Source: Pedobacter sp.
Lineage (GTDB): Bacteria; Desulfobacterota; Desulfuromonadia; Desulfuromonadales; Syntrophotaleaceae
Direction of reading: 5' to 3'
DNA length: 64,000 nt
NCBI GenBank assembly: GCA_050253415.1
Contig: JBFWJC010000001.1
Coordinates: 1,000,679 to 1,064,678, forward strand
Shown here: piece by piece, positions 47,803 through 57,748 of the stretch
Numbering within the stretch: the stretch's first letter is position 1
Layout: each line of letters opens with the position of its first letter
Made by a program: the position numbers and the translations under genes
The notes under the pieces: model-generated
The model's input: the letters and a program-made list of their open reading frames with translations, nothing else
Databases searched by the model: none
Told to the model about the DNA's origin: nothing

Positions 47803-49578
47803 ATGCGAAGAAAACCGATCTTTTGGCAGATTTATCCATCTTATTTACTCATTATTCTTCTCGCAATGGTGGCTGCAACCTGGCTTTTCTCCCGGGATTT
47901 GCGCGTCTTTTACCACCGGCAGGTCAAGGCGGATCTCGAGGCGCGAGGTCGACTGTTTGAGGAACAAGCCCGTGGGTTGTTGATCGATGGTGATCGTGTC
48001 GCGCTTGATGCGCTTGCCAAGGATCTGGGTCAGCGTACCTCAACCAGGTTTACCGTGGTGCTGGCTTCCGGCGAGGTGGTTGGTGATTCCCTGGAGGACC
48101 CCCGTCGCATGGAAAACCATGCAGGGCGGCAGGAGATTGCCCTGGCGCTGCGGGATAAAATAGCCGATTCGGTTCATTATAGCCGCACCCTGCAGGAAAC
48201 CATGATGTATGTGGCGGTGCCGATCCATATCGAAGGTCAAGTCGTTGGAGTGGTGCGGGCGGCACGCGCTGTGAATGAGATTCGCTGGGAGTTGACCGGG
48301 GTTTATCGAGGGGTGGTGTTCAGCGGCCTGCTGGTCGCCCTGGCTGCAGGACTGGTCGGATTGTACCTGTCGCGCCGCATGAGCCGGCCGCTGGAGCTGA
48401 TGAAGCGCGGGGCGGAACAATTCGCCCAGGGGCGTTTTGAACACAAATTGCCGGCCGCCGGTTCCCGTGAAATCTGCGCCCTGGCCGGGGCTATGAATGT
48501 CATGGCCGGCCAGCTTGACGAACGCATTCGCACCGTTCTCCGTCAACGCAGCGAGCAGCAGGCGGTGTTGACCAGTATGGTGGAGGGGGTCCTGGCCCTG
48601 GATAACGACGAACGCATTATCCATCTTAATCGGGCCGCGGCCGACCTGTTCCATGTTGTTCCGGAAGTCGTGGAAGGGCGGCGAATTCAAGAGGTGTTGC
48701 GCAAGGCTGATCTGCAGCGGTTCGTGGAGCGGACTCTGGCAAGCAGGTCGCCGGTGGAAGGCGAGGTGGTATTACCCAGTGCTGAAGGCGATCGTTTTCT
48801 GCAGGCCCACGGAACGGTGCTTCAGGATGGCGAAGGCAAGGGGATCGGGGTGCTGATCGTCTTGAACGATGTCACAAGGCTGCATCGACTGGAAAATATC
48901 CGGCGCGATTTTGTCGCCAACGTTTCCCATGAATTGAAGACACCCATCACCGGTATCAAGGGCTCAGTGGAGACTCTTATCGATGGGGCGGTAGAGCGCC
49001 CTGAAGATGCTGCGCGGTTTCTGAAAATTATTGCAAAACAGGCGGATCGACTTAATGCAATTATTGATGATCTGCTTGATCTGTCCCGCATAGAGCAGGG
49101 CGAAACGGAACAGGCCATGGAGCTGATATCGTCTCCGATCAGGCCGGTATTGCAGGCGGCAGTGCATGCCTGCGAAATCAAAGCTCGAGAGAAATCGATA
49201 GAACTGGTGCTGTCGTGTGCCTCCGATATATTCGCTGATATTAATCCTCCGTTGCTGGAGCAGGCCGTTATTAACCTGATCGACAATGCCGTTAAGTACA
49301 GCGATGCCGGCGGTACCGTCTGGATCGAGGGGGGCAGGGACGGGCGACAGACCCGGATTCAGGTGCGGGATCAAGGCTGCGGTATCGATCGGGAGCATCT
49401 GCCGCGCCTGTTTGAACGTTTTTACCGGGTCGACAAGGCGCGCAGTCGGCGTGCCGGCGGCACCGGCCTGGGGTTGTCCATTGTCAAGCATATCGTCAAG
49501 GCCCACCACGGCCGCGTGACGGTCGACAGTGTGCCGGGGCAGGGCAGCACCTTCCGTATTATTTTGTCGGGTGAATGA
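47803..49578 (+). CDS. phoR: sensor kinase PhoR (HAMP-PAS-HisKA-HATPase)
   Basis: DFVANVSHELKTP, NLIDNAVKY, FERFYRVDKARSR, GTGLGL. Confidence 0.92.
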   Translation: MRRKPIFWQIYPSYLLIILLAMVAATWLFSRDLRVFYHRQVKADLEARGRLFEEQARGLLIDGDRVALDALAKDLGQRTSTRFTVVLASGEVVGDSLEDPRRMENHAGRQEIALALRDKIADSVHYSRTLQETMMYVAVPIHIEGQVVGVVRAARAVNEIRWELTGVYRGVVFSGLLVALAAGLVGLYLSRRMSRPLELMKRGAEQFAQGRFEHKLPAAGSREICALAGAMNVMAGQLDERIRTVLRQRSEQQAVLTSMVEGVLALDNDERIIHLNRAAADLFHVVPEVVEGRRIQEVLRKADLQRFVERTLASRSPVEGEVVLPSAEGDRFLQAHGTVLQDGEGKGIGVLIVLNDVTRLHRLENIRRDFVANVSHELKTPITGIKGSVETLIDGAVERPEDAARFLKIIAKQADRLNAIIDDLLDLSRIEQGETEQAMELISSPIRPVLQAAVHACEIKAREKSIELVLSCASDIFADINPPLLEQAVINLIDNAVKYSDAGGTVWIEGGRDGRQTRIQVRDQGCGIDREHLPRLFERFYRVDKARSRRAGGTGLGLSIVKHIVKAHHGRVTVDSVPGQGSTFRIILSGE

Positions 49579-49642
49579 ATCTGCCGATATGCAGAGATTC
49601 CACCTGTTTCAAAAGCAGCATGGCAACGGGGCTTGCAAACTA

Positions 49643-49670
49643 TTCATGCAGGGCTAATATGACGCTAACA
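49643..49670 (+). promoter_or_regulatory. Pho-box-like site upstream of pstS
   Basis: TTCAT-N6-CTAATAT-GACG-CTAACA, 11-bp periodicity. Confidence 0.7.
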
Positions 49671-49764
49671 CTTCAACGCCAAGATAGCCTCCATCACACA
49701 AGGTAATGATCGTTTCCCTAGGACAATGTATGAGAAACCTTATTTTCCGAAAAGGAGAGCAGGA

Positions 49765-50763
49765 ATGAGTGTCGAGGTAATGAAGGGCTGGAAGAAAGCT
49801 GTCCGTGTTATGTTGGCGGCGGTTGTTGCGCTGCCGCTGGTAGCAGCTACCGGGCATGCCGATACCATCAAGGTGGATCCCAAGCTGGGAAGCTATGGCA
49901 AGGTACAAGGCGTGTCGGGTAATCTGAACTCCATCGGTTCCGATACCCTGAATAACCTCATGGCCCTTTGGTCGGAAGGGTTTCGCAAACTCTACCCCAA
50001 CGTCAATTTTCAGATTGAAGGCAAAGGGTCCAGCACCGCACCCCCGGCCTTGATCGAAGGGACGTCCCAGATCGGTCCCATGTCGCGGAAGATGAAGCGT
50101 CAGGAAATCGAAGCCTTCGAGAAAAAACACGGCTTCAAACCGACCATGATCGGCGTGGCCCTCGACTCCCTTGCCGTTTATGTCAACAAGGACAATCCCA
50201 TCGACAGTCTGTCGATGCCCGAAGTCGATGCTATTTTCTCCCAGACCCGCAAGGGTGGCCATTCAGAGATCGTTACCTGGGGACAGGCAGGCCTGACCGG
50301 TTCCTGGGCTCAGCAGCCTATCAGCATTTACGGTCGAAACAGTGCTTCGGGCACTTACGGCTTTTTCAAGGAACATGCTCTGTCCAAGGGTGATTTCAAG
50401 AATACCGTTAAGGAACAACCCGGTTCGGCATCCGTCGTACTTTCGGTGACCGAAGATAAAAACGGCATCGGCTACTCCGGTATCGGCTACAAGACTTCCG
50501 GTGTCAAGGCGATCGCCCTGTCCAAGGACGCCGGCGCTGCCGCTTATACTCCCAATTACGAGAACGTTCTGGAAGGCAAGTACCCGCTGGGTCGTATGCT
50601 CTACCTCTACGTGGTCAAAGCTCCCAATAAGCCACTGCCCAAAAACGTTGAAGAATTCCTGAAGTATGTTCTTTCAAAAGAGGGCCAGGAAATAGTCGTC
50701 AAAGACGGTTATCTGCCCCTGCCGGCAGGAGTCGCAGCCAAGCAGCTTAGCGCCATGAAATAA
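49765..50763 (+). CDS. pstS: phosphate ABC transporter substrate-binding protein
   Basis: Signal peptide, [24 protein letters not shown]. Confidence 0.93.
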   Translation: MSVEVMKGWKKAVRVMLAAVVALPLVAATGHADTIKVDPKLGSYGKVQGVSGNLNSIGSDTLNNLMALWSEGFRKLYPNVNFQIEGKGSSTAPPALIEGTSQIGPMSRKMKRQEIEAFEKKHGFKPTMIGVALDSLAVYVNKDNPIDSLSMPEVDAIFSQTRKGGHSEIVTWGQAGLTGSWAQQPISIYGRNSASGTYGFFKEHALSKGDFKNTVKEQPGSASVVLSVTEDKNGIGYSGIGYKTSGVKAIALSKDAGAAAYTPNYENVLEGKYPLGRMLYLYVVKAPNKPLPKNVEEFLKYVLSKEGQEIVVKDGYLPLPAGVAAKQLSAMK

Positions 50764-50812
50764 GCAGTCGCTTCGTGTCGGTATTAAAGGCAGATGTGTA
50801 TTGCATCGGAAA

Positions 50813-50841
50813 AGCCTGCCGGTTCGTGGAACCGGCAGGCT
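50813..50841 (+). terminator. pstS-pstC intercistronic hairpin
   Basis: AGCCTGCCGGTTC-GTG-GAACCGGCAGGCT, no U-tract. Confidence 0.55.
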
Positions 50842-50879
50842 CTGTTGCGTTGTGAACGGATTGCATTGGTAAGGTGTCA

Positions 50880-53108
50880 ATGAATCGAAAAATCCTCAAG
50901 CGGATCAAACGTCGGGACCGTATCGCCCGCTATGTCATAACTGTGGGCGGCATGGCTATTATTTTTAGCGTCATATTGATCCTGTTTCTTATCGCCCGGG
51001 TGACCTTTCCTTTGTTTCAGGGGGCAAGCACCGAGCTGGTGAAGCAGTTTCCGCTGTCTCCCTCGAGTCAATCCGCGAATCTCGTGGCGGCCGGGCTCGA
51101 CGATTACCGGGAACACCCTTTTGTGTTCAGCCGTGATGGGATTGTGCGGTTTTATACGCCGAGCGCAGGTTCTGAAACGAGGGATGTGCGTATTGCGCCC
51201 CTTGTTTCCGGGGCAAACGTGTTATCTGTCGAGCGGTTTGCCGGACTATCCTTCGGAGTATTGTGGGATGACGGATCGCAGACGCTGGAACAGGTGCGGT
51301 TTACCTCGCGCTTTGACGAACAGGGCCAGCGCATTCAGGATCAGCAGATCGTGAGGCAGGCGTCTTTCCCTCCCCCTCCTGGCGGGATGGTAACCAAGGC
51401 TTTGTGTCGTCTCTCCGACGATGGACGACAAACACAGGTGGCGCTTCTGGATAATGGCGGGTTGTTGGTACGCCAGCATCTTGAGAGTGAAGACCTGTTG
51501 GGCAATCTGGAAACCGTAAACCATGAATTCGCTCTTTCCGGGCAGCCCGATGAAGTTATCGCGGCCCTTGCCCTGGACAGGGCAGGCAATACTCTCTACG
51601 CGGGAACCGACCAGGGTACCTTGCTGCGTTGGGATCTCTCCGAACCTGGTGAAGCCGAGTTGCTCGATCGTCTGCCGGCTTTTCCTGACCGTCGGGCTAT
51701 CACATCGCTGGCATTAATCTTTGGTGACGTCTCTTTGGCTGTTGGTGATGCGAAGGGTGGTGTGTCCACCTGGTTTGCCGTGCGGGTGTCCGCGGACGGT
51801 GATCAAAAACATCTGCAGCGCATCCACACTCTGGCCTCCCATAATGCGGCCATAAAAACCTTATATCCTTCGTTGCGGGATAAATCCTTGATCAGCGTGG
51901 ACGCTGACGGTGTGTTACATCTGGATCATATGACCAGTGAACGGCATTTACTCAGCCTCGAAACGGAGGCTCCGCTGCTGCTGAGTAGTCTGTCCCCCGA
52001 TGGACGGGGATTGTTTGCCGTCGACGCCGGCGGCATGGCGCATCTGTGGACGGTTCACAATCCGCACCCTGAAGTTAGCTGGAAGACACTGTTCGGCAAG
52101 GTCTGGTACGAAGGGTATGACGAGCCGGCTTATATGTGGCAGTCATCGGCTTCAACGGATGACTTTGAGCCCAAGATGAGCCTGACGCCGCTGGTTTTCG
52201 GTACCATCAAAGGCACTCTTTACGCCATGCTGTTTGCCGTGCCCCTGGCGATTCTCGGGGCCATCTACACCAGTCAGTTCGGCAACCCCCGTCTGCGTGG
52301 GATTATCAAACCGGCGGTGGAGGTCATGGCGGCGATCCCGTCGGTTATCATCGGTTTTCTGGCGGCTTTGTGGTTCGCCCCTCTGCTGGAGAGATCGATC
52401 CCTTCGCTGTTTTTAAGTCTGGCGTTCGTACCCTTGTTTCTGTTACTCGCCATGATCCTGTGGCAGTTCATCTGCAAGCACCCGCTGTGCAAAAGGCTCG
52501 ATCGCGGTTACGAGTTTCTGCTGCTGACACCGGTCCTGGTTCTGGCGGTTTTCTGCGCCATCAAGCTGGGGCCTGCGGTTGAAGCCGCCTTTTTCGGTGG
52601 TAGTTTCAAACTCTGGCTGTTTAGCGAAGCCGGTGTTCGATACGATGGGCGTAACTGCATCATCATCGCCTTTGCGCTTGGTTTTGCCGTCATTCCGATT
52701 ATTTTCACCATGGCCGAGGATGCTCTTTCCAACGTTCCCGGTAGTCTTAAGGCCGCTTCGCTGGCGCTTGGCGCCAGCCGCTGGCAGACCGTGTGGCGGG
52801 TTATCCTGCCTTCGGGCAGCCCCGGTATCTTTGCCGGCACCATGATCGGTTTTGGGCGTGCCATCGGCGAGACGATGATTGTTCTGATGGCTACAGGCAA
52901 CACCGCCATCATGGACTGGAGTATTTTTAATGGCATGCGTCCGTTATCGGCGAACATTGCTGTGGAAATACCCGAAGCCCCCGTCGACGGTAGCCTTTAC
53001 CGGGTGTTGTTTCTGTCCGCGGTTATTCTGTTTGTCATGACCTTTATTCTCAACACCGTAGCCGAGCTGGTGCGCCAGCACTTGCGTAAAAAATACGGCC
53101 GGTTTTGA
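50880..53108 (+). CDS. pstC: phosphate ABC permease with large periplasmic beta-propeller-like insertion
   Basis: IKPAVEVMAAIPSVIIG, AASLALGASRWQT, RAIGETM; about 400 aa N-terminal insertion with WD-like repeats. Confidence 0.9.
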   Translation: MNRKILKRIKRRDRIARYVITVGGMAIIFSVILILFLIARVTFPLFQGASTELVKQFPLSPSSQSANLVAAGLDDYREHPFVFSRDGIVRFYTPSAGSETRDVRIAPLVSGANVLSVERFAGLSFGVLWDDGSQTLEQVRFTSRFDEQGQRIQDQQIVRQASFPPPPGGMVTKALCRLSDDGRQTQVALLDNGGLLVRQHLESEDLLGNLETVNHEFALSGQPDEVIAALALDRAGNTLYAGTDQGTLLRWDLSEPGEAELLDRLPAFPDRRAITSLALIFGDVSLAVGDAKGGVSTWFAVRVSADGDQKHLQRIHTLASHNAAIKTLYPSLRDKSLISVDADGVLHLDHMTSERHLLSLETEAPLLLSSLSPDGRGLFAVDAGGMAHLWTVHNPHPEVSWKTLFGKVWYEGYDEPAYMWQSSASTDDFEPKMSLTPLVFGTIKGTLYAMLFAVPLAILGAIYTSQFGNPRLRGIIKPAVEVMAAIPSVIIGFLAALWFAPLLERSIPSLFLSLAFVPLFLLLAMILWQFICKHPLCKRLDRGYEFLLLTPVLVLAVFCAIKLGPAVEAAFFGGSFKLWLFSEAGVRYDGRNCIIIAFALGFAVIPIIFTMAEDALSNVPGSLKAASLALGASRWQTVWRVILPSGSPGIFAGTMIGFGRAIGETMIVLMATGNTAIMDWSIFNGMRPLSANIAVEIPEAPVDGSLYRVLFLSAVILFVMTFILNTVAELVRQHLRKKYGRF

Positions 53109-53119
53109 CAGGATTGACT

Positions 53120-54718
53120 ATGAAAAGCTTTTGGAAAAAAGGGGAGCCTTTTATCTGGCTGACCGGTGGCGCTCTGTCGCTGACCCTGCTGATGGCGGCC
53201 GTGCTTATCATCGTGGTGCTGGTGAACGGTCTCGGGGTATTCTGGCCATCCCGCGTTGCCACCGCAACCCTGCATGACGGTGGAGCGGTCATGGGAGAGG
53301 TAGTTCGCAGCGAGCCTGTTTATGAAGGCGAAGGTGAACGTTTGCAATTCAAGGTCGGCAACCGGGATTTGTACGGACTGGATTTCCGTTGGGTTAACAA
53401 TTCGGATATCTCGCGCCTTGAGTACGCGGACGATTCTCTTGTGCTGGAACGCATGGAATACGGCAATTTTTACGGCAGACTGGTCGGTTTGAGTGCCGAG
53501 TCTCTCGGTGTTACCACGCTCAAGGATCCTTGGCAGCAGTTGCGTCAGGCACATGAGTATGTCATGCAGCAAAAAAAGCAGCTGGATGCCATCGACGATG
53601 AACTGGCGACCGCCAGTAACCGCATGGCGCGCAGCCAGCGCAAAGAAAAAGGTTTGCTCTACAAGGGGCGCAGTCTTACGGATCCTGAAGTCGTCTCGCT
53701 GAAACAGCACCAGGCCGCTTTGCAGGAAGATTTTCATACGTTGTTGCAACAGCAGTCCGAACAGGTCGCCCGCTTGCGCGCCTATACGGCGAGCTTTGCC
53801 GATGTATCCGGCACCGAACGGGTCATGCCACTGGTCGACCTGGTGCGATTTTACAAACCCAACAGCATGTCGATGTTAAGCAAGGTCCGCTACTACATGG
53901 TGCGGCTGGCAGAACTGCTGTGCGGTTCCCCGCGCGAATCGAACACCGAAGGTGGGTTGTTTCCGGCTATTTTCGGAACCGTCATGCTGATTTTTGTGAT
54001 GAGCATGTTTTCCTTCCCCCTCGGGGTGTTGGCGGCTGTTTATCTGCGAGAGTACGCCAGGGAAGGTGTGGTGGTGCGACTGGTGCGCATTGCCGTGAAC
54101 AATCTGGCCGGTATTCCTTCCATCGTGTACGGAATTTTCGGTCTGGCGTTTTTTGTCTATGGCATCGGCGGCAGTATCGACCGGATGTTTTTCCCCGAGC
54201 AGTTGCCGACCCCGACCTTCGGCACCGGCGGGATTCTCTGGGCGAGCCTTACCCTTTCGCTGTTGACCGTGCCTGTGGTTATCGTGGCTACCGAAGAAGC
54301 GCTCGGTGCCATCCCCAACGGCGTGCGGGAAGGTTCGCTGGCGCTTGGTGCCACCAAGTTTCAGACCCTGACCCGCATTTTGCTGCCCATGGCATCTCCG
54401 GGCATCATGACCGGGCTGATTCTGGCCATGGCCCGGGCCGCGGGAGAAGTTGCGCCGCTAATGATTACCGGCGTGGTAAAAATCGCTCCGGCGCTGCCGG
54501 TGGATGGCACGTTTCCCTTTTTGCACCTGGATCGCAAGTTCATGCACTTGGGATTCCACATCTACGATATCGGTTTTCAGTCGCCCAATGTCGAGGCCGC
54601 CAAGCCGATGGTATTTGTGACCACGTTGCTGCTGGTGCTCATTGTTCTGGTCATGAGCAGCGTGGCCATCTATCTGCGCAACAAGATGAAGAAGCGCTAT
54701 ACTTATGGGACTTTTTAA
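53120..54718 (+). CDS. pstA: phosphate ABC permease with periplasmic coiled coil
   Basis: PRESNTEGG, NLAGIPSIVYG, EGSLALGATK, RAAGEVAP. Confidence 0.92.
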   Translation: MKSFWKKGEPFIWLTGGALSLTLLMAAVLIIVVLVNGLGVFWPSRVATATLHDGGAVMGEVVRSEPVYEGEGERLQFKVGNRDLYGLDFRWVNNSDISRLEYADDSLVLERMEYGNFYGRLVGLSAESLGVTTLKDPWQQLRQAHEYVMQQKKQLDAIDDELATASNRMARSQRKEKGLLYKGRSLTDPEVVSLKQHQAALQEDFHTLLQQQSEQVARLRAYTASFADVSGTERVMPLVDLVRFYKPNSMSMLSKVRYYMVRLAELLCGSPRESNTEGGLFPAIFGTVMLIFVMSMFSFPLGVLAAVYLREYAREGVVVRLVRIAVNNLAGIPSIVYGIFGLAFFVYGIGGSIDRMFFPEQLPTPTFGTGGILWASLTLSLLTVPVVIVATEEALGAIPNGVREGSLALGATKFQTLTRILLPMASPGIMTGLILAMARAAGEVAPLMITGVVKIAPALPVDGTFPFLHLDRKFMHLGFHIYDIGFQSPNVEAAKPMVFVTTLLLVLIVLVMSSVAIYLRNKMKKRYTYGTF

Positions 54719-54731
54719 GTAAGGTGAGGTT

Positions 54732-55514
54732 ATGAGTGAAACACATTCCGTCACGGTGACGGATCCGATAGTACAGGTTAAGGATCTTGGTTTTTATTAC
54801 GGGACGTCTAAGGCCTTGCACAATATCAGCCTGGATTTTCCGCGCAACCAGGTAACAGCTCTGATCGGCCCTTCCGGTTGTGGCAAATCAACCTTGTTGC
54901 GCTGCCTGAATCGTATGAACGATCTGGTGGATGGCGCGCGCGTTGAGGGCAGCATCCTGCTGGATGGGACGGAGATCAATACCCAGGCCATGGATGTCAT
55001 CGAGCTGCGTCGCCGGGTCGGTATGGTATTCCAGAAGTCCAATCCGTTTCCCAAGACCATCTATGAAAATGTCGTCTATGGTCTGCGTATCGCCGGGGTC
55101 AGGGATAAAACCGTGCTGGACGAGACAGTAGAGCGCAGTCTGCGCAATGCGGCATTGTGGGATGAAGTCAAGGACCGGTTGCATCAATCGGCTCTGGGGA
55201 TGTCCGGTGGCCAGATGCAACGCCTGTGTATTGCGCGGGCCATTGCCGTCAACCCGGAAGTGGTTCTGATGGACGAGCCCTGCTCGGCCCTCGATCCCAA
55301 ATCCACAGCCCGGGTCGAGGAACTGATCAGTGAACTGCGTGAGAAATACACCATCATCATCGTCACCCATAATATGCAACAGGCCGCCCGGGTTTCAGAT
55401 TACACGGCGTTTCTGTTTGAAGGGGTGATGGTGGAATTCGGCATCACCGAGGCTCTGTTCGTCAAGCCACGGCATAAGCAGACCGAGGATTACATCACCG
55501 GTCGCTTCGGGTAA
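54732..55514 (+). CDS. pstB: phosphate ABC transporter ATPase
   Basis: [40 protein letters not shown]. Confidence 0.96.
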   Translation: MSETHSVTVTDPIVQVKDLGFYYGTSKALHNISLDFPRNQVTALIGPSGCGKSTLLRCLNRMNDLVDGARVEGSILLDGTEINTQAMDVIELRRRVGMVFQKSNPFPKTIYENVVYGLRIAGVRDKTVLDETVERSLRNAALWDEVKDRLHQSALGMSGGQMQRLCIARAIAVNPEVVLMDEPCSALDPKSTARVEELISELREKYTIIIVTHNMQQAARVSDYTAFLFEGVMVEFGITEALFVKPRHKQTEDYITGRFG

Positions 55515-55540
55515 CGCCTTTAACCTTTAATGAGGTAACG

Positions 55541-56188
55541 ATGCATATCGCACGGGAAATCGAAAATCTTAAAAAACGGGTTCTTACTCTCAGCGCCATG
55601 GTTGAGGAAAGTTTTGACCGTTCCGTACAGGCCCTTAACCGCATGGATGGTGTGCTTGCACGTCAGGTCATCGATGCCGACGTTCAGGTAGATCAATTCG
55701 AGGTCGATATTGAGGAAGAGTGCCTCAAGGTGCTTGCCCTGCATCAACCGGTCGCCAACGATTTGCGCTTTATTGTTTCCATTTTGAAAATCAACAACGA
55801 CCTGGAACGCATCGCCGACCTGGCGGTCAATATCGCCGAGCGTGTGCTTGATCTGCAGAAAATGGAACGTGCGCCCATTCCTTTTGATTTTGCCACCATG
55901 TCCGGTAAGGTTCACGACATGGTTAAAAAGAGTCTTGATTCGCTGGTCACTCTGGACCCGAAACTGGCCCGGGAGGTAATCAGTCTCGATGACGAGGTCG
56001 ACCAGATACACCATGAAACCTATCGCCTGGTGATCGATCAGATCAAGCAGCATCCTGACCGTATTCATGCCCTGATCTGCTATCTGGTCATTTCCCGCTA
56101 TCTTGAGCGGATTGCTGATCAGACCACCAACATCGCCGAGGACACCCTGTATCTCGTCGAGGGCAAGATCGTGCGTCATCAGTTTTGA
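55541..56188 (+). CDS. phoU: phosphate signalling protein
   Basis: QPVANDLR, DLERIAD, LERIADQTTNIAE. Confidence 0.95.
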   Translation: MHIAREIENLKKRVLTLSAMVEESFDRSVQALNRMDGVLARQVIDADVQVDQFEVDIEEECLKVLALHQPVANDLRFIVSILKINNDLERIADLAVNIAERVLDLQKMERAPIPFDFATMSGKVHDMVKKSLDSLVTLDPKLAREVISLDDEVDQIHHETYRLVIDQIKQHPDRIHALICYLVISRYLERIADQTTNIAEDTLYLVEGKIVRHQF

Positions 56189-56212
56189 GTTGCTGGCGGC
56201 ACCCTGTTTTAC

Positions 56213-56247
56213 AAAAAAGCCCCGCCAACATGGCGGGGCTTTTTGTT
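56213..56247. terminator. bidirectional terminator
   Basis: AAAAAAGCCCCGCCA-ACA-TGGCGGGGCTTTTTGTT. Confidence 0.85.
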
Positions 56248-56292
56248 CGTGGAGTGCTCGATGAACCGAGGAAGAATAACGTCAGTTGTCCG

Positions 56293-56868
56293 TTACCCTT
56301 TGCCGTTGTAGATCTCGCCACCTTGCTGACGGTATTTTTCCAGAACGGCAACGGCCTGCGGTCGGCAGGTGTCACGCAATACGCGGATGCCGCGTTTTTC
56401 CAGCAGGTGCGGCCAGTGCGGCGGCTTGTCCCCTTCGTCGAAACCGACGGCGCGCGCATCGCAGTCGCGGGCTCCGCACGATAGCTGCCTGATCCCAGCC
56501 CAGGGCAAGGCCCCGAGGCACATGGCGCAAGGCTCGGTGGAACTGGTCAGTTCCACGTTGAAGCCGGCGGCAGCCAGAGAAAAACTGCCCACCAGACGTT
56601 GCGCCGTCATCAACGCTAGCAGTTCGGCATGGGCCACTGAACAATTGGTGGCAGTCACCAGGTTGACTCCGGGGGCGATCAAACGGCCGCTACCCAGGTC
56701 GAACACAGCTGCGCCGAATGGTCCGCCGGTGCCTTCCCGGACATTGGCAGCCGCCAGTTCGATAACCAGTGCCATGCGGCTTTCCGCTGTGTCGAATATT
56801 TGCTCCGGCGCAGGCAGGACTTCACTCAGCCAGGCAGGTAAGGGCAATTCGATAACGGGGAAACTCAT
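56293..56868 (-). CDS. Zn-dependent nucleoside/nucleobase deaminase (CDA superfamily, GuaD-like)
   Basis: GGPFGA, AHAE, EPCAMC, GFDEG. Confidence 0.88.
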   Translation of the reverse strand: MSFPVIELPLPAWLSEVLPAPEQIFDTAESRMALVIELAAANVREGTGGPFGAAVFDLGSGRLIAPGVNLVTATNCSVAHAELLALMTAQRLVGSFSLAAAGFNVELTSSTEPCAMCLGALPWAGIRQLSCGARDCDARAVGFDEGDKPPHWPHLLEKRGIRVLRDTCRPQAVAVLEKYRQQGGEIYNGKG

Positions 56869-57707
56869 GCGCCGCGACGGGGAATCTGGGCTTCGATGCC
56901 TTGAATCAGTTCACACTCCTCAATGCATCGCGGGCTGTAATGGCGCTTGAGCCACAGACTCAAACCGTCCAGTCCCGGGAAGAGTACCCGTTCCGTAATG
57001 TTGGCCTGGTCGAGCTTATCGCGAATCTCCCATTTGAGTTCGGCCGGGATGATGATTTTGCGCCAGATGGTCGGATGTTCGTTGAGGAAATCGCACAGGG
57101 TCCGTTGCGGGTCCGACATGACCGAAAAGAACGCATACTGGTTGATGATACGATCCTCCATGGATGGCGGTTCCAGAAACAGTGCCGCATTGTCGTGGGA
57201 CAGGGCCTGCAGGTCCTGCAGGTTGGGGATCGCTTCATCCAGCATTTCGACAGTAAAGACGTTGGCGCCTTCCTCCTCAAGCTTGTTGCACAGAGGGCGG
57301 GGCAACAATTGGTGGGTTTTGACGTAATTAACTGCCCAGATGGCGCCATCAAGGTTGAACTTGCAGATGTTGGCCGTGGCAAAGTGCATGGCCACCAGGG
57401 GAGAATAGGTCCAGTCGAGCATGCGGGTCGGCAGGCCGTAGTGCTGTGCCACAGACATCCAGTGCCAGAAAGCGTCGGATTCGACCGCCGAGCGATGGGC
57501 ATACTTTTTAAAATTGCGCATCAGGTGGCGTTCGAGTTCGACGTATTTGCCGCCGAGGCGCATCAGGGTTGTTTTCAGGGTATAGCTGGCGTCGGACAGG
57601 CCTCGAAAAGCAAAACGGGAGCGGAATCGCCCGATTTCTTCGTTCCAGGAATCGGCAAACAGTTCTTTCTGCAGTTCGTCGTAGCTATGTATGCGGATCT
57701 CATTCAT
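56865..57707 (-). CDS. FRG domain protein
   Basis: FAFRG, AQHYGLPTRMLDWT, RIINQ, LFPGLDG. Confidence 0.9.
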   Translation of the reverse strand: MNEIRIHSYDELQKELFADSWNEEIGRFRSRFAFRGLSDASYTLKTTLMRLGGKYVELERHLMRNFKKYAHRSAVESDAFWHWMSVAQHYGLPTRMLDWTYSPLVAMHFATANICKFNLDGAIWAVNYVKTHQLLPRPLCNKLEEEGANVFTVEMLDEAIPNLQDLQALSHDNAALFLEPPSMEDRIINQYAFFSVMSDPQRTLCDFLNEHPTIWRKIIIPAELKWEIRDKLDQANITERVLFPGLDGLSLWLKRHYSPRCIEECELIQGIEAQIPRRGA

Positions 57708-57748
57708 GTAAGAGGACCTTCTGTCTGGCGCACCGAAGACGAAGAGGC

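Noticed and set aside
49621..49637. TGGCA...TTGCA sigma54-like promoter before pstS
   Set aside because: GG-to-GC spacing is 11 rather than the required 10
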